In this document: positions 28,600 through 39,900 of the stretch, piece after piece | Layout: each line of letters begins with the position of its first letter | How positions within the stretch are numbered: the stretch's first letter is position 1 | NCBI GenBank assembly: GCA_964016885.1 | Contig: OZ024746.1 | Coordinates: 57,908,001 to 57,972,000 of the forward strand | Source of the DNA: Eledone cirrhosa | Taxonomy: Eukaryota | Direction of reading: 5' to 3' | Length of the DNA stretch: 64,000 nucleotides | Program-made: the position numbers and the translations under genes | Notes under the pieces: model-generated | Database searches by the model: none | Seen by the model: only the letters and a program-made list of their open reading frames with translations | What the model was told of the DNA's origin: nothing

Positions 28600-29440
28600 G
28601 CTGTAGCTCGTATTCACACATCAAAACCGATGACTTCCGAGGACACCATGGTGTGGATGTTATCAGACAATGGAGACTGATTCCTTCCACAAAAATAGAA
28701 CAGCATGCATTTAAATTTGAGCACGTGGTTGGGGGAGTATGGTACGAGGATGAGGTGGTAGTAATCCTCGGAATTAATGTAGGCGCTCACCATCTCTGCT
28801 CGATGTTTTAGGGACGGCTTTCTTTCTATAGATTGCTGGATGAGTTTGCTTGCTCTGGTCGTAAACTTCTTCCAGCTCTTGACTACCAGGTCGTTGAGTT
28901 CAAACAAGCATTTTGACCAGACCATCGATGCAGTCACAGACATTTCCAGTGGTCCGCATTGTCCTGCCTCTCTATATCCCAGTTTAAAAACCGCTGATGT
29001 ATCCCACTTAATGACCTGTAGCAACCTGCTGGTTTTCATTCAGGTGGTAGCCGAATGCTTCTATATCTGAAATGCCAGACTCTATGAGAGTGATGTCATC
29101 TACGTAAACAGACATGGCTCTGCTATGACCAGATTCTAACGGAATTTCTCTCAAGTTTTCGTTTCTCCGTAGCAGGAGCTCCAAAGCCAGCTCTAAGGAG
29201 AGGCAAGACGGTCGATCCTTGACTGGCCGAGCGCACGATATCGAAAGTTTCTGATAGGTGGCAGTTCACTTTTAACCCTGAACAAATGCCGCTGTAAAAC
29301 CTGGCGATGAAGCTTCTGAAAGCAGGAGCGACGATCAGAGGTATTACGACATTATCTAGGTAGCGAATGATTTTAACTGGTTTACACTGACCAGTGACAC
29401 GGCAAATTCAGGTCTCCTTCCCACGCTCTCAAATGATTCG
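28600..29440 (-). pseudogene. old degenerate Tx1-like ORF2 (RT) fragment
   Basis: KVNCHLSETFDIVRSASQG, SVYVDDI and ERKPSLKHRAEMVSAYINSEDYYHLILVP align with the ORF2 at 33268-36687. Confidence 0.8.
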
Positions 29441-30026
29441 CCTGTCGTCGCTAGTACGTCAAATGCGATACATCCCTGTATGCGCAGCTTCTAAACGACT
29501 AACTATTACATTCTCTAGTCTGCCGTTTTCTGTTGCTAACGCTTTCCTGAATCTCAGGGATACTATTCCAATTATCTTTTTACCGAAACCTGTTGTTTAT
29601 AATAAACATCAGCAGATCTTGTTTGACTAGTTCACTAATGTGTTTCCTGAATGTTGTTACCGCAGAAAAGGACACTTTTAGTTTCCTGTAACCATGTGCT
29701 TGTTTATTCGTATGATCTAGGTTAACTGTACATAGACTTCACAAATTGAGCTTTATATACTCCACTATCTGTAACTGGGGACATCTCATACAGACTCTTT
29801 ATGCTCCCATTATAAATTTGATGTGTGATATGATTTAACAAAACTAGTGTACAAACAAAAATATATGAATCATTCAAACAAAATAAATATACAATGAAGA
29901 AAGCCTAAACAAACAGTCACCTCGAACGCTAGAACAAGTACCCTCTCGCAGTTATCCTACTCCAATGTACAGCCGCACACTCAAGATAGGCGCATTCATT
30001 CTAAGCCAACGATTGAGGGTTAACAA

Positions 30027-30877
30027 CAGTTCCAAATCCTTTTTACTTCCCACTTTAAGTCCTGGTATCGGTTAATATTCTCCCTCTCCTTCTCTTGCAC
30101 TCTCGTGTCGAATGGGCAGGCCACATCCACAATCAGGCACGATCTTATTTCTTTGTCCAAAACCACCAGGTCAGGTCTATTGTGATCCAGTTTCTTGTCC
30201 GTCTGTATCCTAAAATCCCACAGCACCTTCACATGATCGTTTTCTATCACCGACTCTGGCTTATGCTCATACCACTTCTCAGAATGTGGTAAATTGTTTA
30301 CTTTGCATAGGAGCCAGTGGATTACCCTGCCCGTCACATCATGTCTCCAGCCTTATAGAGAGTCTGGGCTAGTTGTTTACACTAGGATACAATGTGAGCC
30401 ACAGTCTCCTCTCTCTCTCCACAGATCCTGCACAGTGGGCTAGCCTCCTCCTTGTAAATATGGTGTTTCAACCACTTCGTTTTGAGGGCCTGTCTTGCGC
30501 AGCCATTAACATTCCTTCTGTAGCCTTTTTAAGGTATCCTATTTTCAACCAGTTCCATGTCTGTGGATCTCTGAATTCAGTTTTCTCAAAGAAGGTACTA
30601 TGAAGGGATTTTACCTGAAGGCTGCTCTTTCTCCTCGTTGTTATTTCCTCCCTGGACATCCCTGGTCTATTGTCCTCTCCTTCAGTACAGTTCTGAGCAT
30701 TGACTCCTTACTATCAGTCACGTATTTGTGTAGGTTGTTTTTCTCCATCTGAACACAGTCCTCTATGCTGATAAGACCTCTTCCACCTTCAGATCTTCTT
30801 AAGTAGAGTCTATCGACATCACTCCTCTTGTGGAACATGTAGATAGTCAATAATTTCCTAGTCTTCCTATCCATTTC
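30027..30877 (-). mobile_element. R4/Dong-like RLE retrotransposon, family A, internal fragment
   Basis: WDFRIQTDKKLDHNRPDLVVLDKE...DVACP...YQDL restriction-like endonuclease; highly similar to 42358-43645; frameshifted; truncated at both ends. Confidence 0.85.

Positions 30878-30919
<42 letters not shown>
30878..30919. repeat. T-run plus (TTA)n junction tract
   Basis: Separates the family A fragment from the Tx1 element. Confidence 0.95.
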
Positions 30920-31135
30920 GAATGCCATGGTTGACGGAGGCTCGGCTCTGTAAGGTATAGTAATTTTTAACCGTTAAAACAATTGTAAATTGTTTAAAAC
31001 TTGAACCAAATTGTTGATAAAGACACCCTCCTCCTCGTGAGAGGGGTCTTTCTGTCCGTTATTTGGCCCTTCGGGGTTAAATAACCAGTTATTGGGGTTT
31101 TGTACCCAAAATTTCATTTTAAACAAAAAAACAAC

Positions 31136-33232
31136 ATGGCTACGAAAAAGAAATTTCATACGTCACTCCCACTCATTCCGTCTTCTTCTTCCTCAATCAT
31201 CACTACAGCAGAGAGAAGATTGTCTCTCTCCCTCCCTTCTTTAAATGTGTCTCTCTCCCTCCCTTCTCTTTCGCAAGCGACGAAAGAAAAGAAAAGTCTC
31301 GTGCAAAGCGTGCAAGGTTTCTCCACGACGACGACGACAGCGACGAAACAGGTGTGCGGGAAATACGAAAACCCAGTTCATTCGTCTGACGTCAGGAATA
31401 ATAGCAGTAGCAGCCGTAATAACAACAGCAACAGTGACAATGAAAACAACAGTAGCAGCCGCAACAGCATCACCAGCAGCATAAACAACAACAGCATTAG
31501 CAGCAGCAACACCAACAACAACCACAGCAACAGCGGCGGAGGCAGTAGTCGTAGTACCTGCAGCAACAACAAAAGTACCAGCAGCTCTGACGACAACAAC
31601 AACAGCAGAGAAAAACCAATCTCATTTGCAGGTATTGCGAAAAACCTGGAAACAATCCTCATAACAAATGAGGAATTAGAGGAAGCGAAGAAGATGGTGA
31701 CAAAGAACGGACACCGAGCAATCTGCAAGGCAGCGAAAAATTTTTTCGAAACCCAAGAGCACTGTACGGTCACGTACCGTACAGTAAGTACAAAATCCCG
31801 TAGGGTGGAAAGAGCCACAGAGGCCCAAATACAAAAAGCCTTGGGGTCTGTGTGGCAGAGGAAAACGCACATCACCCGAGGCAAAAAATACGCCACCGTA
31901 GACGTACTTTTTGCCACACCCCAGGAGGCAAAGGCCCAATCAGTAGTGACCCTAAGGAGCGAGGAAATGGTGTTGGTGCCCTCCTACTGTGGGCAAAAAA
32001 TTGTGAGGGTCAAACTAACCCACGTCCCCCCCGGAATGACCCCTTCTTGGCTGGCCGCGTCTGTCCTCGTCGGAATCGAGGACAAAACAACTGTACTGCA
32101 AGTACAGAAAAAAGTAAGAGAAGATTGGGTCGGCTCCTCCATTGAGATGCTAATCCAAACCAACCAGGAGTGCATCGAAGCTATCCCGGATGTGATAGAC
32201 TTCGATAACGGCACTCAACTGCCCATAAGTGTTGAGGGCAAACGCCCGAAATGCTTTCGCTGTGGATCGAAGACTCACCTCAGGGCCTTCTGCAACGAGA
32301 AGACCATGAGAAAGGAGAAAACCCCCCTCCTCCCGAATCCGGTTCCACGGCTACCAGCAACAGGACAAGCGGCAACCAGGAACGATAGGTCCGTGGCACC
32401 CATACCCACTCCACGGAAATCAAAGACAGCAGCAGCAGTGGAAATATTAACAACAACAACAGCAATACCAAATGCAGCTGCAACAGAGACTCCAGTGCAA
32501 ACATCACCAACAACAACAAGTGAAAGAGTGGAGCTGGTACCCCTCCCCGACCTTACAGAATCAGACATGGAGTGTGAGGTGGGAGAGGGATGGCAAAAGG
32601 TCGTAAGAAGGCACAAACGCAGAAGCAGCGCATCGTCGCCTTTGAAAAGGGAGGAAAGAAATGAGAAAAGGGTAAAGTCTACTGCAAAGAGACCCACAGC
32701 AGCAACACCACCAACACCATCACCACCCACACCAGCACCACCATCACCACCGGCGACAACCCCACCGCCAACAACACCTTCAACACCACCACCACAAGCA
32801 CCAACATCGCAAACACAACAACAAAACACACACACCCAGCAACAACGACAAGAAAATAGCAGAACCACACCCCACCCCCAGAAAAACAAATGCACGGCAA
32901 TAAACACACACAACAAGAAACTAATGACTTACATAATTGAACACACAGACATTTCACAACAGGACTACATAATACCAGCACCAATCAAAACGCCAACTAA
33001 CATAAGACTGCTAAAAATAGCACAGAAACAATACACAAACATTAAAACGAAATTCCCCAACGCAGTTGGTGATTTCAGGGACCTAGGAGGAACCATTAAT
33101 CGAAGAGTATATTCAGACATTCTCTTAGAAGAGCCGACGACCAGCCGAAGGGACGATTCAACGGTCCCTTCACCAGACGATCAAGTGAAAAGGGATGTAA
33201 AAACCATCCCTCCTCTACCAAAAGTACGGTAA
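31136..33232 (+). CDS. Tx1-like ORF1 (gag-like nucleic-acid-binding protein), ~698 aa from the first ATG
   Basis: Open frame; CX2CX4HX4C knuckle CFRCGSKTHLRAFC; N/S-rich and P/T-rich low-complexity flanks. Confidence 0.88.
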   Translation: MATKKKFHTSLPLIPSSSSSIITTAERRLSLSLPSLNVSLSLPSLSQATKEKKSLVQSVQGFSTTTTTATKQVCGKYENPVHSSDVRNNSSSSRNNNSNSDNENNSSSRNSITSSINNNSISSSNTNNNHSNSGGGSSRSTCSNNKSTSSSDDNNNSREKPISFAGIAKNLETILITNEELEEAKKMVTKNGHRAICKAAKNFFETQEHCTVTYRTVSTKSRRVERATEAQIQKALGSVWQRKTHITRGKKYATVDVLFATPQEAKAQSVVTLRSEEMVLVPSYCGQKIVRVKLTHVPPGMTPSWLAASVLVGIEDKTTVLQVQKKVREDWVGSSIEMLIQTNQECIEAIPDVIDFDNGTQLPISVEGKRPKCFRCGSKTHLRAFCNEKTMRKEKTPLLPNPVPRLPATGQAATRNDRSVAPIPTPRKSKTAAAVEILTTTTAIPNAAATETPVQTSPTTTSERVELVPLPDLTESDMECEVGEGWQKVVRRHKRRSSASSPLKREERNEKRVKSTAKRPTAATPPTPSPPTPAPPSPPATTPPPTTPSTPPPQAPTSQTQQQNTHTQQQRQENSRTTPHPQKNKCTAINTHNKKLMTYIIEHTDISQQDYIIPAPIKTPTNIRLLKIAQKQYTNIKTKFPNAVGDFRDLGGTINRRVYSDILLEEPTTSRRDDSTVPSPDDQVKRDVKTIPPLPKVR

Positions 33233-33267
33233 GTGGTCTTTCCCATCTTTTCCACTCTATTTTAAAC

Positions 33268-36200
33268 ATGACCTCACTCAGAATAGGCAGCATAAATGCG
33301 CGTGGCTTGGGGTCGTCATGGAAGCAGGGTCACCTGCTCAACGACCTCAGGTCACTAAACATAGATGTAGTGGCCATCAGCGAGACCAGAATCTCCGAAG
33401 CACGGGCCTTCGCACCGATCTTCGGCGGCTACGATGTGTACGCATCTCCCAGCCGTCCTGGATCCGGTGGAGGAGTTGCTGTGCTTTTTCGGAGAGGTTT
33501 GGATCTCGCCATACGGGCCATCTTCCTGGACCCAGAGGGTAAGCTGGTGGTGCTGGACGTGACCAGCGGAGACGGGCAAGCTTTCAGGCTAGTGGCCGTC
33601 TATGCCCCGACAGGAGCAGGGCGGCCTGATTTCTTCCGGCGTCTGGAGACCTTTCTTGGAACGTCCCGCTCTTTAGTGTTAGTGGGCGACTGGAACGGGA
33701 TCTTAGATGCACGCTGGGACTGTGTGGGATTAGCGGATAGGGGTGGAGGGTGCAAGAGCCTCACCAACCTGCTCAGGCGTTTTGAACTGTCTGACAGGTA
33801 CCGATTGGATTTCCCGAATGTGCCAATGTGGACTTGGACAAACCGCATAGGGTCATCCAGATCATATCTAGATAGAGTATTTTGTAGGGAAATAGATAGG
33901 TCTAGCATAGGCTGTCCACAATTCAAGATAGTCAGCTACACGGACCACAAATTCGTGACCTGTGTGCTTGACTTAGATAGGCTTCATAGACGAGGACCCG
34001 GCTACTGGAAGCTAAACGCGTCCTTACCAGCGCGCAAGGCCTACAGAGACCGGATTAGCGAACTAGTTAAGCGGGCGTTGACGGGGGCCATCGTCAACAA
34101 CAAGTGGTGGTTTGCTCTGAAAAGAGCGATTAGAATAGAATCGATTAGGTTTAGTAAGGCTTTAGCAATAGAGAAAAATAGAGCAGAGGGAGAACTAGTT
34201 AGAAAATTAGACGAGGCGCTTAGCAAAGGCATTGCGACCGACGTGCTTGCGGCGAAATTGGCCCTTGACCAATTCTTCAATGCAAAGCACGAAGGCTGCG
34301 TTGTCAGAGCTAGGGTGCGTGCTCTCAGACACGAGGGGACGAAAGCCGTTCAATGGGCCCGAGTGGCGGAGGCGCGTCGTGGCAACAAAGCCACGATCCG
34401 GTCTTTGGTGGACCACGACGGGCGCATGCTACTCGATCCCGGGCAAATGTGTGAAGCTTTTCAGCGACACTTCGCTCAGCTGTTCGGGGGCAGCGGGGGG
34501 CCGGGTAGAGGGATGGACTTTAGTGTCTACCTCGACGGACTGCCGCGGCTCTCGGCCACTGAGGCTAAGTGTTGCGAAAAGCCGATAACAGCCGCTGAAG
34601 TACGGGAGGCAATGACTGGCTGCACAAGGGGTAAATCGCCTGGTTTGGATGGTCTGCCCTATGAACTTTACGTACAGATGCCAGACTTGTTCGGAGGCCT
34701 CTTGGCGGACGTCTACTGCAACTGGCAACAGAACGGGAGAATTCCCAGTTCTGTGAGCCGAGGAGCGGTGGCACTGCTGAGAAAGGATCCGAACAAGGGG
34801 GATAACATAGACAATTTCCGGCCCATAACTCTGCTAAACACAGAGTTTAAGATTTTGGCCAAGGTGCTAGCAAAGAGGTTGGCGCTTGTCGTTGGTGGTC
34901 TGGTGGGAGAGGCGCAGACAAGCGCCATTCCCGACAGATCCATCCACGACAACCTCCACCTCATGCGATACATCGTAGAGAGGGTAGCTAGGGAACCTGT
35001 CACGGGTGGGTCCTTGATCAATTTAGATCAGTCGAAAGCTTTCGATAGGGTCGACCATCGTTACCTAGCGGCAGTCCTGAGGGCGGCTGGCTTTGGGCCC
35101 GTCTTCAGAGGCTGGATCGCTGCCATGCACAGCGACATCTGCTCTGTGGTGAGAGTGAACGGTCACCTGTCGGAACCGTTCAACATCATGCGCTCGGTCC
35201 GCCAAGGATGTCCCCTCTCGTCCCTCTTGTACGTATTGACTCTCGAGCCATTACTGCACAAACTGGAGACGTTGAGGGGAGTCCCGCGCGAACTAGGATG
35301 CGGAAGATCCGTGTCAGCATATGCGGACGATGTCACCGTAGTGGTGTCGAACGCCAAACACATCGAGGCGATCGGCACTACACTAAGAGAATACGAAGCG
35401 GTGACAGGAGCAATGATCAACCAGGAAAAGTCAGTGGGCCTGCAGCTCGGCACCTGGAGAGGCAGGTCCATGCCGTCCAACAGCGTCGTCGGGCGCTGGA
35501 CGGACGGACCGGTTAAATTGCTAGGGGTCTGGTTCGGTCCGGACCTCCAGACGGACAAAAACTGGGACGAGGTGACGAGCAGGGTGGCTTCTCTCACCCA
35601 GAAATGGGCGGAGAGGAAGCTATCCCTGAAAGGTCGAGCGGAGGTGGCTAACGCGTACATCGCGTCTGTCATCTGCTACCGCCTGACCGTCGTACCTTGT
35701 CCTAAGCCTCGCCTGACTGCACTGGAGCGTTTGCTCTTTCGCTTTTTGTGGAAGGGACGTGCTCCGATGGTCAGGCGGTCCATCTGTTGTCAACACCCGC
35801 TACGTGGAGGGCTGGGCATGCCGTGGCTGATGATGCGCAGGCACGCGCTCAGGCTACGACATCTCCACCTCTTCCTCGACGGTGATCAGGTGTGGTCGCC
35901 GTTTGCTAGACGCGTTTTTCCCCAGCTCGTTTCCTTGACGGAGCTGCAGTCCTGGGTCAAGCGAAGACCGAGAGGGAGCGCCTGGAGACTGGAATGTCTT
36001 CAGGCGCTCACAGCCCTCGACCAATCGGGCAATGTGATCGGTGGAAACTCCACCTCGGCGTTCTATAGAGGATTAGTGGAGGGGAAGAGCGACGACGTAC
36101 TTGGGGAAACTCTAGGCGTCGACGAAAATCAACTAGCCAATCTCTTCGGAAGAACTTTCGGGCCGGGGCCTATGGACAACTTCCAGAAATCTCTGGCCTG

Positions 36201-36687
36201 GCAGTGCTACCGAGGAGCCTTGCCAGTTCGGGATAAACTCTACAGGCATGGAGGTGCCGTCAGCCGGGCATGTCCGAGATGCGCGCAGGGCGACGAAACC
36301 GTCCTGCACGCACTCGTCCAGTGTCCGAAAATTGCTGACTTGTGGGTTTATGTTGAACACCTGCTGTCGCGTTTAGGACGGATCCAGCTATCATCTGAGT
36401 CTATCGTGAGGATTGCCCCGCCCTCCTCCTTTAGCCGGGAAGGGCAGGCAGTTTTTATCTGTCTGGTGGCCATGGCGAAAGAGATAGTATGGTGGACACG
36501 TTTGAAAGGGCTGAAGACAAGCACTTACCTCTTCGGTGATGCTCTGATTGACTTTTTCAAATTTCATTTGAAAAGGAAAATCAGAGTAGAGAGGGAAGTG
36601 CTCTCTTCCCAGCATTTTGTTGAAAGATGGGTGAGAGAAGCAAGAATGGCCCGAGTGAATGGGCCGACTCTGAGTATATATCTGTAA
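33268..36687 (+). CDS. Tx1-like ORF2: APE endonuclease, reverse transcriptase and C-terminal CCHC; intact, 1139 aa
   Basis: SINARG, ISET, GDWN, YLDR and TDH (APE); KSPGLDG, RPITLLN, DQSKAFD, QGCPLS and YADD (RT); CPRC..ETVLHALVQC. Confidence 0.96.
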   Translation: MTSLRIGSINARGLGSSWKQGHLLNDLRSLNIDVVAISETRISEARAFAPIFGGYDVYASPSRPGSGGGVAVLFRRGLDLAIRAIFLDPEGKLVVLDVTSGDGQAFRLVAVYAPTGAGRPDFFRRLETFLGTSRSLVLVGDWNGILDARWDCVGLADRGGGCKSLTNLLRRFELSDRYRLDFPNVPMWTWTNRIGSSRSYLDRVFCREIDRSSIGCPQFKIVSYTDHKFVTCVLDLDRLHRRGPGYWKLNASLPARKAYRDRISELVKRALTGAIVNNKWWFALKRAIRIESIRFSKALAIEKNRAEGELVRKLDEALSKGIATDVLAAKLALDQFFNAKHEGCVVRARVRALRHEGTKAVQWARVAEARRGNKATIRSLVDHDGRMLLDPGQMCEAFQRHFAQLFGGSGGPGRGMDFSVYLDGLPRLSATEAKCCEKPITAAEVREAMTGCTRGKSPGLDGLPYELYVQMPDLFGGLLADVYCNWQQNGRIPSSVSRGAVALLRKDPNKGDNIDNFRPITLLNTEFKILAKVLAKRLALVVGGLVGEAQTSAIPDRSIHDNLHLMRYIVERVAREPVTGGSLINLDQSKAFDRVDHRYLAAVLRAAGFGPVFRGWIAAMHSDICSVVRVNGHLSEPFNIMRSVRQGCPLSSLLYVLTLEPLLHKLETLRGVPRELGCGRSVSAYADDVTVVVSNAKHIEAIGTTLREYEAVTGAMINQEKSVGLQLGTWRGRSMPSNSVVGRWTDGPVKLLGVWFGPDLQTDKNWDEVTSRVASLTQKWAERKLSLKGRAEVANAYIASVICYRLTVVPCPKPRLTALERLLFRFLWKGRAPMVRRSICCQHPLRGGLGMPWLMMRRHALRLRHLHLFLDGDQVWSPFARRVFPQLVSLTELQSWVKRRPRGSAWRLECLQALTALDQSGNVIGGNSTSAFYRGLVEGKSDDVLGETLGVDENQLANLFGRTFGPGPMDNFQKSLAWQCYRGALPVRDKLYRHGGAVSRACPRCAQGDETVLHALVQCPKIADLWVYVEHLLSRLGRIQLSSESIVRIAPPSSFSREGQAVFICLVAMAKEIVWWTRLKGLKTSTYLFGDALIDFFKFHLKRKIRVEREVLSSQHFVERWVREARMARVNGPTLSIYL

Positions 36688-36935
36688 ACTAAAGGTGGAA
36701 AACTGGGAGAGGGCACTTGCCTTGGTGGTCAGGGTCATTGTGGCTTTTTACTGGGCTTTCTCCACAAATGTCCCTCCGAAGTCTCCCCCCTATTGGGGAA
36801 TTTTTCATTGTTATTTTTGTTACATCCTCTGTTTTTGTTTTTTTACACGCAGAAATGCCCATTTGTACCGTCCTGCATTGTCCTGCACTGTCCTTAATGT
36901 CTACTTTATGTAAACCCTTGTGGTTAATAAAGAAA

Positions 36936-36937
<2 letters not shown>

Positions 36938-36986
<49 letters not shown>
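36938..36986. repeat. (ATT)n junction between the Tx1 3' end and the R4/Dong 3' end
   Basis: Pure ATT tract with tail-to-tail elements on either side. Confidence 0.95.
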
Positions 36987-36987
<1 letters not shown>

Positions 36988-39900
36988 AGCTGCATTTATC
37001 TTGCTTTATGTTCATACGAGTTATCACCAAGTCACAACCAGTGACCTCAAGAGACAACAAGGTCCGCCATGTTCAAGAAAGAACATACATATTCACACAT
37101 GCATCTTTAGTGTTTAGACCTGTGATGTACTTATATTGACAGAATCTTCCTTAGTATATGGGCAGTTCCCATTAATACTATCTTTTGTATTTCTCCTATA
37201 CGCGGGTTTCCTGGGATTTGCGATATGTAATCATTAGACCCCTTAGGTATCATTCCCAGAGCGCCTACAACCACTGGTATTGTTTTAGTTCTCAATTTCC
37301 ACATTTTACCAATTTCTATCTCCAGGTCCTTATACTTGCTCAATTTTTCAAATGTTTTTATAGATACATTCTTGTCTATTGGAACAGACATATTGGAACA
37401 GACATATTTCAATATTATATCAGGTCTGTTTGCATTTATTTTTCGGTCTGTTTGGATGCTAAATTTCCACAAGATTGAGATGTGATCTTTTTCAAGTATG
37501 GGAGGTGGTTGATGCTCCCACCAATTCTTTTGATGGGGCAGGTCAAAATGCTTACACATTATCCAATGTATGAATCGTGCAGCTCTGTCATGCCTGTTTA
37601 GGTATTCGGTTGGAGCTATAGGACTGCACATTGAAATTATATGGTCAATGGTCTCTGGTTGTTTTTTGCATACACGGCATAATGGGCTGCACCCATTTTT
37701 TATTATGTTGGCTTGGTAATTTTTTGTTGGCAGACACTGATCTTTTGCCGATATAATCAGTCCTCCAGTCTCCGATTTCAGTCCAGAGGATGCCAACCAC
37801 TGATGGGTTAAAGTTTTGTCAACATCAGGATTGTTAGCTCGCTCTGGGTATTTTCCATACAGAGGCTGTTCTTGCCATTTCTTAGCCAGTTTCTGTAGCA
37901 GTTCTTTCTTTGCAGTTACTTTTACCTGCTTTGCTTTTTCTGTGTTTTCCATTTCAGCAGTAAATGGGACTTCTGAAATTTGTAGTCCATTACTGTATCA
38001 TTGTGCATCTTTTGTAATGGAATATGATCTTTTGATGCTTTCGTGTTTCAAAACGAGTTTGATCATCCAATCAAGTGATTCCCTTAGATATGTAGATAAT
38101 CCAATTGTTGCAGTTTTCAACGCAATGTCTAACTGGATTAATCCACGTCCTCCTTCTTTCCTAGGTAGATATATTCTATCTATATCTGCCTTAGGGTGAT
38201 GCATTCTGTGCATGGTTAAGAATTTTCGAATTTTTGTATCGAGCCTACGGATCTCTGTGCTTGACCAGTTGATGAAATTGTGACTGTAGGTTACTACTGG
38301 TATGGCAAGCGTGTTTATGGCATCGATCCTATTCCTTGCATTCAATTCCGTTCTTAAGATTGCTCTTACTCTGCGGTAACATTCCTTCCTTATCCTTTCC
38401 CTCATTGTCGAGTGCTTGATTCCGTCTCCTTCACAAACACCTAGATATTTGTAAGTTTTTTCTTGATCAAGTTCCCTTATCACGTTCCCCCGATCAAGAT
38501 TAATGTCTGAACTCTTCAGCAGCTTTCCTCTGGTGAACGTTGCTTTGGCGCATTTATCTAGTCCAAACTCCATTTTAATATCATCACTGAACTGCTTCAC
38601 AGTGGATAATAGCCCTTGCAATTGTTCATCATTTTTTGCAAATAGTTTCAGGTCATCCATATAGAACAAGTGATTAATAGTTTTGTCATAGACTTTATAT
38701 CCATGTTTTGTTTCATTGAGCATTTTACTTAATGGTATAAGTGCGATGCAGAATAAAAGCGGTGATAAAGAGTCACACTGAAAAATTCCACAATTAATAT
38801 TAACTTCTCCAGCTTCCAGTGATTTTGTTTCACTATTCAAAAGGAGTGTCGTTTTCCATGTTTTCATACTGAATGACAAAAACCTCCTGACAACGGGGGA
38901 TACTTTGAAAATCTCTAAACATTTTTCAATCCAACTGTGTGGCAAACTATCAAATGCTTTTTTATAATCTATCCAAGCAATCGATAGATTTTTGTGTCTA
39001 TTATGACAATCTTCCAGAATCATTTTGTTAACCAGAAGCTGATCCTTACAGCCATATGAGCCTCGTTTACACCCTTTCTGCTCAATGGGAAATAGGTCAT
39101 TTGTTATCAGGTGGTCATATGTGTATTCAGTTAGGACTGATGTTAAAATTTTATACATTGTGGTCAAGCAAGTTATCGGTCTGTAATTTTTGGGATTGTT
39201 TGTCTCATCATTCTTCGGAAGCAGGAATGTAATGCCGTTAACTAGCCATGAAGGTATCTTTTCTGGCTCCTTAACTATTTCATTGTAAAGTTGGGCTAAC
39301 AGCTCATGAGACTCTGTGAAGGCATTTATCCAAAAGTTTTGTATTTTGTCTTTTCCTGGGGATTTCCATTTGCTGGTTTTTCTTAGAGCCAAGCGCAACT
39401 GTTCAACTGTTATATTTTCCCATGTTTGTTCCTCAAGGTGAGCTGTATCTTTCATTTGTCTGTCTATCCATGGGGCATGTGTGTTATGAACTTTTTCTTC
39501 GGCTCAGATCTTTTCCCAGAATTCTTGCACTTCCTCCTTGGGTGGTATTGATTTAGCAGTTATTGTTGACTTACCAATTTTTCTGTAGAAGTTTCTTTGG
39601 TTGTTTTTGAACATATTATTGTCCTTATAGAATCTAGATCGTTTTTCAAAGCGCCTTATACGAGCAGCTTTGGTCGACACTTTTTGCTTGATTATTTCTA
39701 TCAGCATGTCTATGTCACATGTTGATTTTATACTGTCCTTTTTTTTCGATTTTCTAAGTTTAGTTTGTTTAACACGTTCACCTACTTTATAGTTTGTTAA
39801 AATTTCTGTCAGATCGGAGAAGGTTTATTTGGCGATTGATGTTCTCTTGCCAAGTAGATTTCTTGTGGGAATTCCTTTGTTTTTTCATCTTCAGTCCACA

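Larger units (their letters stand above)
30920..36937 (+). mobile_element. apparently full-length L1/Tx1-clade LINE, copy 1
   Basis: 5'UTR, ORF1, ORF2 and a ~250 bp 3'UTR with AATAAA; (ATT)n on both sides. Confidence 0.93.

Noticed and set aside
30920-30972. Spliced-leader-like 5' end of Tx1 (AAG|GT plus an Sm-like T-run; similar at 44547-44640)
   Set aside because: The leaders of the two copies do not align and such motifs are common in AT-rich DNA.
31020-31085. HDV-like ribozyme around TCCTCGT in the Tx1 5'UTR
   Set aside because: P1, P2 and J4/2 could not be assembled; only simple hairpins.
31241-36738. Antisense and alternate-frame ORFs within the LINEs
   Set aside because: Expected shadows of GC-rich or low-complexity coding sequence.
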